Below are positions 39,424 to 47,317 of a DNA stretch of 64,000 nt, piece by piece. Under the pieces are notes generated by a model. It did not search any database and was not told where the DNA came from. It saw only the letters and a program-made list of their open reading frames with translations. The first letter of the stretch is position 1. Each line of letters begins with the position of its first letter. Origin of the DNA: Armatimonadota bacterium (lineage in GTDB: Bacteria; Armatimonadota; UBA5829; DSUL01); NCBI GenBank assembly GCA_025998755.1, contig AP024674.1:956004-1020003 (forward strand), written 5' to 3'. Both the position numbers and the translations under genes were made by a program.

Positions 39424-40365
39424 ATGGCTGAAGTCGTTTGTCTTGGAATTCTGGTTGCGGATGTTGTAGGCAAGCCGGTGGAGCGGTTGCCGGAGCGTGG
39501 AAAGCTTTTGCTGGTGGATAGGATGGAGCTGCACACCGGAGGGTGCGCGGCCAACACCGGTATGGGGCTCGCCAAAATCGGCGTTGACACGGCGGTCATC
39601 GGCAAAGTCGGTGACGACGGGTTCGGAGATTTCATGGTCAGCCGTCTCCAGAGAAGTGGCGCGAATGCAGACGGAGTTGTGCGGGATCCGGAGATGGCGA
39701 CTTCGGCCACCATGGTGATGGTGCACGCCGACGGCGAGCGCAGCTTCCTGCATTACATCGGGGCAAACGCTTCGCTCAGCGAAGCTGACGTGGATATGGG
39801 CCTTGTGCGCGCCAGCCGGTTGCTCCACGTGGCAGGCTTCTTCCTGATGCCGTCTTTCGACGGACAGCCTGCCGCCAATGTGTTGAAGCAGGCGAAGGAT
39901 GCCGGGGTGATCACCGCCCTGGACACCGCCTGGGACTCCAAGGGCCGTTGGATGACTCTGCTGGAGCCCGCACTTCCGCACGTTGACTACTTCCTTCCCA
40001 GCATCGAAGAAGCGCGCATGGTGACCGGCCGGCAGGAGCCTCGTGACATCGCCGGAGTTCTGATGGACCACGGGGTGAGTGTTGTGGGCCTGAAGATGGG
40101 AGAGGAAGGCTGCTACATCCGCAGCGGTGACACGGAACTGCGCATCCCTCCCTTCGAGGTAGACTGTCAGGATGCAGTGGGTGCGGGCGACGCTTTTGTG
40201 GCAGGCTTTCTGACCGGCGTTGTCCGGGGATGGGACCTGGAGCGCACAGGAAGATTCGCCAACGCCGTCGGAGCGCTCTGCGTCACCGAACTGGGGGCCA
40301 CGACCGGGGTGCGGTCCCTGGAGGAGACGGAAGAGTTCATCCGCACGGCCAGAGTGCGCGCATGA
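39424..40365 (+). CDS. PfkB-family carbohydrate kinase
   Basis: N-terminal VVCLGILVADVVG and C-terminal PfkB signature DAVGAGDAFVAGFL. The ATG at 39424 is preferred over the track start. Confidence 0.85.
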   Translation: MAEVVCLGILVADVVGKPVERLPERGKLLLVDRMELHTGGCAANTGMGLAKIGVDTAVIGKVGDDGFGDFMVSRLQRSGANADGVVRDPEMATSATMVMVHADGERSFLHYIGANASLSEADVDMGLVRASRLLHVAGFFLMPSFDGQPAANVLKQAKDAGVITALDTAWDSKGRWMTLLEPALPHVDYFLPSIEEARMVTGRQEPRDIAGVLMDHGVSVVGLKMGEEGCYIRSGDTELRIPPFEVDCQDAVGAGDAFVAGFLTGVVRGWDLERTGRFANAVGALCVTELGATTGVRSLEETEEFIRTARVRA

Positions 40366-40411
40366 GAATCCGGACATAATCCGGGGAGGGAGAAGCAGCA
40401 CAGGAACAGGA

Positions 40412-43072
40412 ATGCTCGGTTCAGAGATCAGACGGAAGTATATCGAGTTCTTTCAGGGGAAGGATCATCTGCACCTGCCCAGCGACTCGCTCGTGCCCGA
40501 CGATCCTTCTCTGCTGTTCACGTCGGCGGGGATGGTGCAGTTCAAGCCTTACTTCACAGGAGCCGCTCAACCTCCCCACCCGCGCGCCGTGACGGCCCAG
40601 AAATGCCTCCGGACAGACGACATCGATGAGGTCGGCGACGCTGTCCATCATACATTCTTCGAGATGATGGGCAACTTCTCGTTCGGCGACTACTTCAAGC
40701 GGGAGGCAATTCATTTCGCCTGGGAGTTTTTGACCGAGTGGCTGAAGCTTCCGAAAGAGCACATCTGGACCAGTGTCTACCTGGACGACGATGAGGCGGC
40801 AGACGTCTGGGAGAAGGAGATCGGGCTTTCGCCGTCGCGCATTGTCAGGCTGGGTGAGGACAAAAATTACTGGCCCGCCAACGCCCCGTCCAAGGGGCCC
40901 AACGGTCCCTGCGGTCCTTGCAACGAAATCTTTCTGGATATGCGCCCCGAACTGGGCCCTCCCGCAGACCCGGCGCGCGCCATCGCCTACGACAGCAATC
41001 GGTTCGTCGAGGTGTGGAACCTGGTCTTCATGCAGTATCTGCGGGGCGATGGCGGCACGCTGACGCCTCTACCGCGCAAGAACATTGACACGGGACTGGG
41101 ACTGGAGCGCACCGCCGCCATCCTGCAGGGCACACCGACCAACTATGAGTCCGACCTGTTCCTGCCTCTCATTCAGGCGATGGAGCGTCTGGCAGGGGTC
41201 CGCTACGGCCAGGATGAAGTGACTGACACATCTCTGCGCACGATAGCGGATCACTCGCGGGCAGCCGTGTTCTGCATCGCTGACGGTGTAATGCCCTCGA
41301 ACGTGAAGCGTGGATATGTCCTTCGCCGGATGATCCGCCGCGCTGTCATCAAGGCGCGCCGCATCGGATATGAGGGCGTCTTCCTTCGCGATCTTGCTCC
41401 CACTGTGGCGGACATGATGGGCGACTGGTACCCCGAGATCAGGGACCGTATGGCGTTCGTCCAGACTGTTCTGGAAAGTGAGGAGCAGAAGTTCGAACGG
41501 ACGCTTAGCACCGGGCTGAATCGGTTAGATGAGGAGATCCGGGCTGCAAAGGCCTCCGGCGCGGGCCGCTTGAACGGCGAAGCCGCCTTTGTCCTGTATG
41601 ACACCTTCGGGTTTCCCTTCGAACTGACGGAAGAGCTGGCGCGCTCGGAGGGTCTGGAAGTGGACCGCGAAGGATTCGAGGCCTGCATGGAAGAGCAGCG
41701 GCGCAGGGCCCAGCAGGGAAGCCGCATGTTCACGGACGTATTCGGTGGCACAGGGGAGTCCATCGCAGAGCTTCAGAAGACCGTCGGCCAGACGACGTTC
41801 ATCGGTTATGAGACGCTCCGGGGCGAGGCACGCGTCCAGGCCATCCTGCGCGAAGGACAGCTTGTTGAAGCGGCGGAAGAGGGAGACGAAGTCCAGATTG
41901 TGCTGGACGTTACTCCCTTCTATGCGGAGGCAGGCGGGCAGGTCGGCGATACGGGCAGGATGGAGGGTCCATCCGGTGCCGCAGCCGTACGAGATACACG
42001 CAAGCGTGCGGACATATGGTTCCACGACGCCATCATCGAGACAGGAGAGATTCGCGCCGGTGATACGGTAACGGCGGAGGTGGACCAGGAGCGCCGGCGT
42101 GCCATTATGCGGAACCATACGGCGACCCATCTGCTGCACGCTGCCTTGCGGAAGGTGCTGGGCGAACACGTGGCGCAGTCCGGCTCCCTGGTGGCGCCGG
42201 AGCGTCTACGCTTCGATTTCTCGCACTTCCAGGCTATGACCCCGGAAGAGATCCAAGCCGTGGAGGACGAGGTCAACCGCCGGATTCTGGAGGACCATCC
42301 TGTCCAGCCCGAGCATACCACGCTGGACGAAGCACGTAAAAGAGGCGCCATGGCGCTTTTCGGCGAGAAGTATGGCAATGAGGTCCGCACCATCGCCATC
42401 CCAGACGTCAGCTTGGAGCTGTGCGGGGGGACGCACCTGACGCGCACGTCCCAGATCGGATTGATGAAGATCGTTTCCGAGGGTAGTGTGGCGGCCGGTA
42501 TCCGCCGCATCGAGGCTATCACCGGATCGGCTGTGCTGGCGCACATCCGCAGTCTGGAGCAGAAACTGCAGGAGGTTGCGCATCGTCTGCAGGTTCCAGT
42601 CGCGGACATCCTACCTGGCATCGAGCGCCTTCAGCAAAACCTCCGGGAACACCAGTTGGCGCTGGAGCAGGTCCGCGACCGGTCCAGCGCGGACGAGGCG
42701 GAAGCCATTGTAAAGTCCGCCGAGGACGTGGACGGCTTCAAGGCCGTCTGCAGCCGGACGACTTCCGCCGATGCCGATGGGATGAGCCGCCTGGCGGACA
42801 TACTTGCCGAGCGGCTTGGCTCATCGGTGGTCCTGCTTGGCTCCGAATCCGGCGGCAAGGCGCTTTTCGTGGCGAAGGTCAGCGCCGACCTGGTGGCCCG
42901 GGGTCTCCACGCGGGCGAGCTCGTCAAGGCGGTTGCAGCCGAAGCCGGTGGTGGCGGAGGTGGCCGACCGGAGTTTGCCAAGGCTGGCGGAAATGACCCT
43001 TCCCGCCTGGACGCTGCCCTTGAGAAAGGACGGGCCCTCATCCGTGAGGTGGCGGGCCGCACTTCGGGGTAA
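40412..43072 (+). CDS. alaS: Alanine--tRNA ligase
   Basis: FTSAGMVQFKPYF, editing-domain HTATHLLH, C-terminal DHHA1-type GGGGGGRPEFAKAGG. The ATG at 40412 (MLGSEIRRKYIEFF) is preferred over the track start at 40220. Confidence 0.95.
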   Translation: MLGSEIRRKYIEFFQGKDHLHLPSDSLVPDDPSLLFTSAGMVQFKPYFTGAAQPPHPRAVTAQKCLRTDDIDEVGDAVHHTFFEMMGNFSFGDYFKREAIHFAWEFLTEWLKLPKEHIWTSVYLDDDEAADVWEKEIGLSPSRIVRLGEDKNYWPANAPSKGPNGPCGPCNEIFLDMRPELGPPADPARAIAYDSNRFVEVWNLVFMQYLRGDGGTLTPLPRKNIDTGLGLERTAAILQGTPTNYESDLFLPLIQAMERLAGVRYGQDEVTDTSLRTIADHSRAAVFCIADGVMPSNVKRGYVLRRMIRRAVIKARRIGYEGVFLRDLAPTVADMMGDWYPEIRDRMAFVQTVLESEEQKFERTLSTGLNRLDEEIRAAKASGAGRLNGEAAFVLYDTFGFPFELTEELARSEGLEVDREGFEACMEEQRRRAQQGSRMFTDVFGGTGESIAELQKTVGQTTFIGYETLRGEARVQAILREGQLVEAAEEGDEVQIVLDVTPFYAEAGGQVGDTGRMEGPSGAAAVRDTRKRADIWFHDAIIETGEIRAGDTVTAEVDQERRRAIMRNHTATHLLHAALRKVLGEHVAQSGSLVAPERLRFDFSHFQAMTPEEIQAVEDEVNRRILEDHPVQPEHTTLDEARKRGAMALFGEKYGNEVRTIAIPDVSLELCGGTHLTRTSQIGLMKIVSEGSVAAGIRRIEAITGSAVLAHIRSLEQKLQEVAHRLQVPVADILPGIERLQQNLREHQLALEQVRDRSSADEAEAIVKSAEDVDGFKAVCSRTTSADADGMSRLADILAERLGSSVVLLGSESGGKALFVAKVSADLVARGLHAGELVKAVAAEAGGGGGGRPEFAKAGGNDPSRLDAALEKGRALIREVAGRTSG

Positions 43073-45284
43073 GAACACGCTCGCACGTTCCGCAAGACGC
43101 GCGATTGTCGTCATCGGGCTGGCTGTTTGTGGTCTCGGCCTGCCGGCCTCCGCAACACGCCAACCCTCGCGCCCCGGTGTTCTGGTCGTTCTGGCCAACT
43201 ATCTAACCCTGGAAGACCTCCTCTGGGACACGACTTTCAGCGAGTCCCTGGCACGGGCTTCGCTGGGGCTGATCTGTCCGGCAACGGCCAGAGGCCGCTC
43301 GCCGGAGGCGCTCCACGCATCCTGCGCCGCGGGAGCTCCCTGCGGAGGAACTGCGGCGTACACCCTTGCATTGAATGCCGAGGAACCCTTCGAGGGAGGA
43401 ACGGCCGCGGAAGCCTACGCCCGCCGGACAGGACAGCCATGGGTGGAACAGGGGATCGTCCACTGTGGCATGGCGGCCGTGGCGGCCGTTCACCGGAAGA
43501 TGGTTGCTCCGCCTGATCCCTGGGCTCTTGGCGACGCACTTCGCAAGGCTGGCATACCCCGGTATGCCTTCGGTAATGCCGATTCTGAACAGCACCAGGT
43601 GCGATTCGCGGCAGCAATGCTGACAGACGCCTTCGGACTGGTTCCGTTCGGCGATGTGGGGTCAGGCGCAACCTTCCCCGATCCCGCTGCAGCCGCGGGC
43701 CGGACGGTCGCATTCGAGCGGCTCACGATCCCGGTCCTCAAGGCGCTTGATGAAGGGGGTGTTGTTGTCCTCGAAGCAGGAGACCTCGAGCGTATCGAGC
43801 GCGAGCGCGGCGTAATGACCGACCGCGCCTACAGCAGGGCCCGCAAGGCAGCAATCGCAAAACTGTCCCGCTGGTTGGCGGGCATCCGGGCTGCGGACCC
43901 ACGCGCCCCAATATTCCTGCTTTCCATCATTGCGCCGGCTGCAGAAGATGGCGTCAGGGACTCGCCCGGCCTGGCGGTTCTCTGGCCTTCGGACGAACGC
44001 CCTGCCCTCTTGCAGAGCAACACCACGCGAACCAGAGGACTTATAACAACTCTGGATGTCGGGCCGTCCATCCTGGAGCTGGCGCAAGCATCGAAGCCGG
44101 ATTCCATGCGCGGCTTTGCCGCCACGCGGAGCCTGGAAGCGAGGCCGCAGGTCGTGCTGCAGAGATGGCTGGAAACAATTCATTTGAACGAGCGCTATCA
44201 GGTCCCGCTGCTGATCGGAGTCGGGTCGTTTGCGGCCGCGGCAGCCGCTCTGAGCGTGATCTTTCTTGCTTCCAGGCGTAAGACTTCCGTGGCAGGCCGG
44301 CTAGCGGTGGGTGCGCTGGCTGTCGCTGCCTGGATCCCCCCTGCCCTTCTGGTGCCGCTGGACCGGCCGGCCTACTTTTACCTGATCCCTCCGCTGTTAC
44401 TCGGCGGGTTCGTCCTCGCCGAACGCTGCAAGAAGAACGGCAGATTCATCCCTCTGGAACTTCCCTCAGGGCTGCTACTGGCCGCAGTCGCCCTGAGCGC
44501 AGTGGGACTGACGGATCTGGTAAAGCGCTCAGTCCTCAGCGGGTGGCAGATGAGCGGGCTCCGTTATTACGGAATCGGGAACGAGTTTCTGGGCTGCGCT
44601 CTTGGGGCGGCCGTGGTCATTCCGCTCTGGCGGCTTGCCGGTGCGAAGGACCCCGATCGCCATAAAACGCCTCTTGCGATATGGTTTACCGTCTGGGCGC
44701 TCATCATCGGTCTTCCGTTTCTGGGTGCCAACTCCGGCGGCGTGATCGCCGCAGTCGCAACGTTTGGACTCGCGTTTCGCGCCCTGACGGGGCGATCCGT
44801 GAGGCTCCGCGATGCACTGGCGTCCACGGTGGCCGGTTTCTTTCTGGCATTCGCCTTGGCCGTCGCAGATGCCCTGATGTTCCGCGAGGCCCCTAGTCAT
44901 ATGGGGCAGGCGATCCGCTATCTGGCCAGTGGCGATTCGGCGCAGATCCTGGCCCTGGTCCACCGCAAGCTCGCGATGAACCTCACTCTCTGGGTGCGCC
45001 CGGAGGCACGAACGGCGCTTGCTCTTTTCGGGCTGGTGGTTGTCCTCCTGACTCTGAACAGGGAAAAGATCACGTCCAGCATCCGGGTCCCGGGACGGCT
45101 GGGGCAGGGCATTCTTGCTCTTGCCTACGGAGGTATGGTGGCTGCCCTCGTAAACGACTCGGGGGCGGTCACGCTGGCATTTATGGCCTGCTACGCACTG
45201 GGATGGTGGCTCTGGGACGCGGTGACCACCCGGACAGGCGGCCTTCCTGTCATGAGGGTCTCAGATGCGCGTACTGGCCGTTGA
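43044..45284 (+). CDS. Membrane protein: N-terminal extracytoplasmic domain (alkaline-phosphatase-superfamily-like?) plus ~10 C-terminal TM helices
   Basis: Long frame with good coding bias. A GTG at 43044 yields a signal-like N-terminus (RRAIVVIGLAVCGLGLPASA). The block TRGLITTLDVGPSILELA resembles the sulfatase/AP-family C-terminal block. The last ~370 aa are polytopic. The start is uncertain. Confidence 0.6.
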   Translation: MRWRAALRGKNTLARSARRAIVVIGLAVCGLGLPASATRQPSRPGVLVVLANYLTLEDLLWDTTFSESLARASLGLICPATARGRSPEALHASCAAGAPCGGTAAYTLALNAEEPFEGGTAAEAYARRTGQPWVEQGIVHCGMAAVAAVHRKMVAPPDPWALGDALRKAGIPRYAFGNADSEQHQVRFAAAMLTDAFGLVPFGDVGSGATFPDPAAAAGRTVAFERLTIPVLKALDEGGVVVLEAGDLERIERERGVMTDRAYSRARKAAIAKLSRWLAGIRAADPRAPIFLLSIIAPAAEDGVRDSPGLAVLWPSDERPALLQSNTTRTRGLITTLDVGPSILELAQASKPDSMRGFAATRSLEARPQVVLQRWLETIHLNERYQVPLLIGVGSFAAAAAALSVIFLASRRKTSVAGRLAVGALAVAAWIPPALLVPLDRPAYFYLIPPLLLGGFVLAERCKKNGRFIPLELPSGLLLAAVALSAVGLTDLVKRSVLSGWQMSGLRYYGIGNEFLGCALGAAVVIPLWRLAGAKDPDRHKTPLAIWFTVWALIIGLPFLGANSGGVIAAVATFGLAFRALTGRSVRLRDALASTVAGFFLAFALAVADALMFREAPSHMGQAIRYLASGDSAQILALVHRKLAMNLTLWVRPEARTALALFGLVVVLLTLNREKITSSIRVPGRLGQGILALAYGGMVAALVNDSGAVTLAFMACYALGWWLWDAVTTRTGGLPVMRVSDARTGR

Positions 45285-45708
45285 CCTCGGCTCGGTGCGC
45301 ACAGGGCTTGCGGTCAGCGATGAGCTCGGTATCCTGGCATCTCCCCTGCCCCCTCTTCGCCGGACGGAGAGCATCCGGAAAGACGCACGCGCCATAGCCG
45401 AGACCGCAGAGCGCCTGAAGGCGCAAAAGATAGTCGTGGGACTGCCCGTCGGGCTTGACGGGACCGAGGGCCCAGCGGCTACAATGGCACGGGAGATGGC
45501 GGAGCGCATCAGCAGGTATACTCGCATTCCGGTTGTCCTGCACGACGAGCGGTGGACAACGGTGGAGGCCGCTGAACGCCTGCGGGAAGCCGGCTTGGAC
45601 TCGCGGCGAGCCCGGCAGATCGTGGACAGCCAGGCCGCCGCGGTTTTGCTGGAATCCTATCTGGAGACGGCCCGCCAGATGGGGATGGAGGATACCAGTG
45701 CTCCGTAG
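45265..45708 (+). CDS. ruvX: Holliday-junction resolvase-like nuclease RuvX (YqgF)
   Basis: MRVLAVDLGSVRTGLAVSD ... VVGLPVGLDGTEG ... DERWTTVEA. Confidence 0.9.
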   Translation: MRVLAVDLGSVRTGLAVSDELGILASPLPPLRRTESIRKDARAIAETAERLKAQKIVVGLPVGLDGTEGPAATMAREMAERISRYTRIPVVLHDERWTTVEAAERLREAGLDSRRARQIVDSQAAAVLLESYLETARQMGMEDTSAP

Positions 45709-46738
45709 ACATTCCCGCCCAGAGAGGTTGCTTGCATCGGTCCTTGAAGTCCTGAGAGGATCTTGGCGCTATCTGGCTTCGCTGGCAGCCTTTCTGGCCG
45801 TTTCGGCAATCCTGCTCTACACGGCGTCACTTCCACCCACGGGGGGAACCGAGGAGGTGATTGTACGCATTCCTCAGGACGCCACAGACCGCCAGGTGGC
45901 CAGCATCCTCCACCAGCATAGACTCATCCGCAGCCGCACCGCCTTTGGCATCATCCGCCACATCGGCTATGAGGGACGGCCTTTCATTCCCGGAGTCTAC
46001 AGGATACGTCGGGACGCCCGCCTTTTCAGCATACTGGACCGTCTTGTCAACGGCGATATCGCAACCCAGAAGGTGACCATCCCAGAAGGATTCACCATCC
46101 GCCAGATCGCTCGACGGCTGGACGAACTGCAGGTAACAGACGGTGCAGCTTTCCTGGAACTGGCTTCGTCAGGCGCATCGCGGTTCGGCATCGAGACACC
46201 TACCGGGAGCCTGGAGGGCTACCTGTTCCCGGACACTTACTTTCTTCCTTTCGACACCTCACCAGAGCAGGTCATCCGCCGGATGCTGGACAACCTGGAG
46301 CGGCGCGTTGTGCGTCCCTACAGCACGGAGATCCGCAGGAGCGGGCGCACGCTCCACGAAGTGCTCACCATCGCAAGCCTCGTCGAGCGCGAGGCCAGAC
46401 TTCCGCAGGACCGGCCACTCATCGCAAGTGTCATCGAGAATCGGATCCGCTTGGGGATGCCTCTTCAGATTGACGCCACCATCCTGTATGCGCAGGGACA
46501 GCACAAATCGCGTGTCCTTTACAGAGATCTGGACGTGGAGTCCGTCTACAACACCTATCGCAACCGTGGCCTGCCTCCAGGCCCCATCGCAAATCCCGGG
46601 CTCGCCTGCATCGAAGCTGCCCTTCGCCCTGCGACGACAGACTACCTTTACTACGTAGCAGCTCCCGATGGAAGTCATCTGTTCGCTGTCACCTTCGAGG
46701 AGCACCGTGCAAACATCCGCAAGGTGCGCGGCCGATGA
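45698..46738 (+). CDS. mltG: Endolytic murein transglycosylase MltG (YceG-like)
   Basis: N-terminal TM helix, then the YceG block LVEREARLPQDRPLIASVIENRIRLGMPLQIDATILY and NTYRNRGLPPGPI. GTG at 45698 lies 6 nt after GGAGG, so the track start at 45455 is rejected. Confidence 0.85.
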   Translation: MLRRHSRPERLLASVLEVLRGSWRYLASLAAFLAVSAILLYTASLPPTGGTEEVIVRIPQDATDRQVASILHQHRLIRSRTAFGIIRHIGYEGRPFIPGVYRIRRDARLFSILDRLVNGDIATQKVTIPEGFTIRQIARRLDELQVTDGAAFLELASSGASRFGIETPTGSLEGYLFPDTYFLPFDTSPEQVIRRMLDNLERRVVRPYSTEIRRSGRTLHEVLTIASLVEREARLPQDRPLIASVIENRIRLGMPLQIDATILYAQGQHKSRVLYRDLDVESVYNTYRNRGLPPGPIANPGLACIEAALRPATTDYLYYVAAPDGSHLFAVTFEEHRANIRKVRGR

Positions 46739-47262
46739 GCCTGACGGACTGGCTTGCGCGTCTGCTCGTGCCTGACCGCACGGTGGAGCGCATTTCCGAG
46801 CTTGAACCTCATCATCTGCACGAGGCCGGCATCCGGGGACTCATTCTGGATCTGGACAACACTCTGTGCGAGTGGCAGAGCGAGAGTATCCCGGAGGATA
46901 TCCTATTGTGGGTGGCCAAGATGAAAAGGGCGGGCATCAGGATGTGCATCGCCAGCAACACACGCGACAGACGGCGCCTCCGGCGTATGGCGGCTGGACT
47001 GGAACTGCCGAGCGTCTCCGGGGCGCCCAAGCCGGGCCGCCGCTGCTTTGCGACGGCAATGGCTATCCTGGATCTGAAGCCTGAGGAGGCTGCTGTCGTT
47101 GGCGATCAGCTTTTTACAGACATCCTGGGAGGCAGGCGTTCCGGGATCCATACCATCCTTGTTCGCCCGATGCATCGCCGGGAGTTCATCGGGACAAAGG
47201 TGTCCCGCTTGTTTGAGCGGTTTCTGATGGGGCACTTTCGCAGGCGGGGGCGGCTGCCTTAG
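46735..47262 (+). CDS. YqeG-family HAD-IIIA phosphatase
   Basis: HAD motifs ILDLDNTL, CIASNT, KPGRR, VGDQLFTDILGG. The ATG overlaps the mltG stop (ATGA). Confidence 0.8.
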   Translation: MSLTDWLARLLVPDRTVERISELEPHHLHEAGIRGLILDLDNTLCEWQSESIPEDILLWVAKMKRAGIRMCIASNTRDRRRLRRMAAGLELPSVSGAPKPGRRCFATAMAILDLKPEEAAVVGDQLFTDILGGRRSGIHTILVRPMHRREFIGTKVSRLFERFLMGHFRRRGRLP

Positions 47263-47317
47263 ATCGACCCCTGCCGGACAGCTCCGCCAATCCGTTCTGG
47301 AGCAAAGACAGCTACCT

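Noticed and set aside
38709-40401. Minus-strand ORFs 38709-39713 and 39271-40401, antisense to the membrane protein and PfkB kinase
   Set aside because: These are antisense artefacts. The plus-strand genes have clear family motifs (PfkB signature) and ATGA coupling.
40220-40411. Upstream extensions of alaS (40220), the membrane protein (42804), mltG (45455), livF (19990), GT4 (12771), pilT (11271), PfkB (39358) and the CK-like gene (21515)
   Set aside because: All extensions overlap the preceding gene and encode Arg/Pro/Gly-rich sequence. Conserved N-termini begin at the internal starts, which also have RBS-like sequences.
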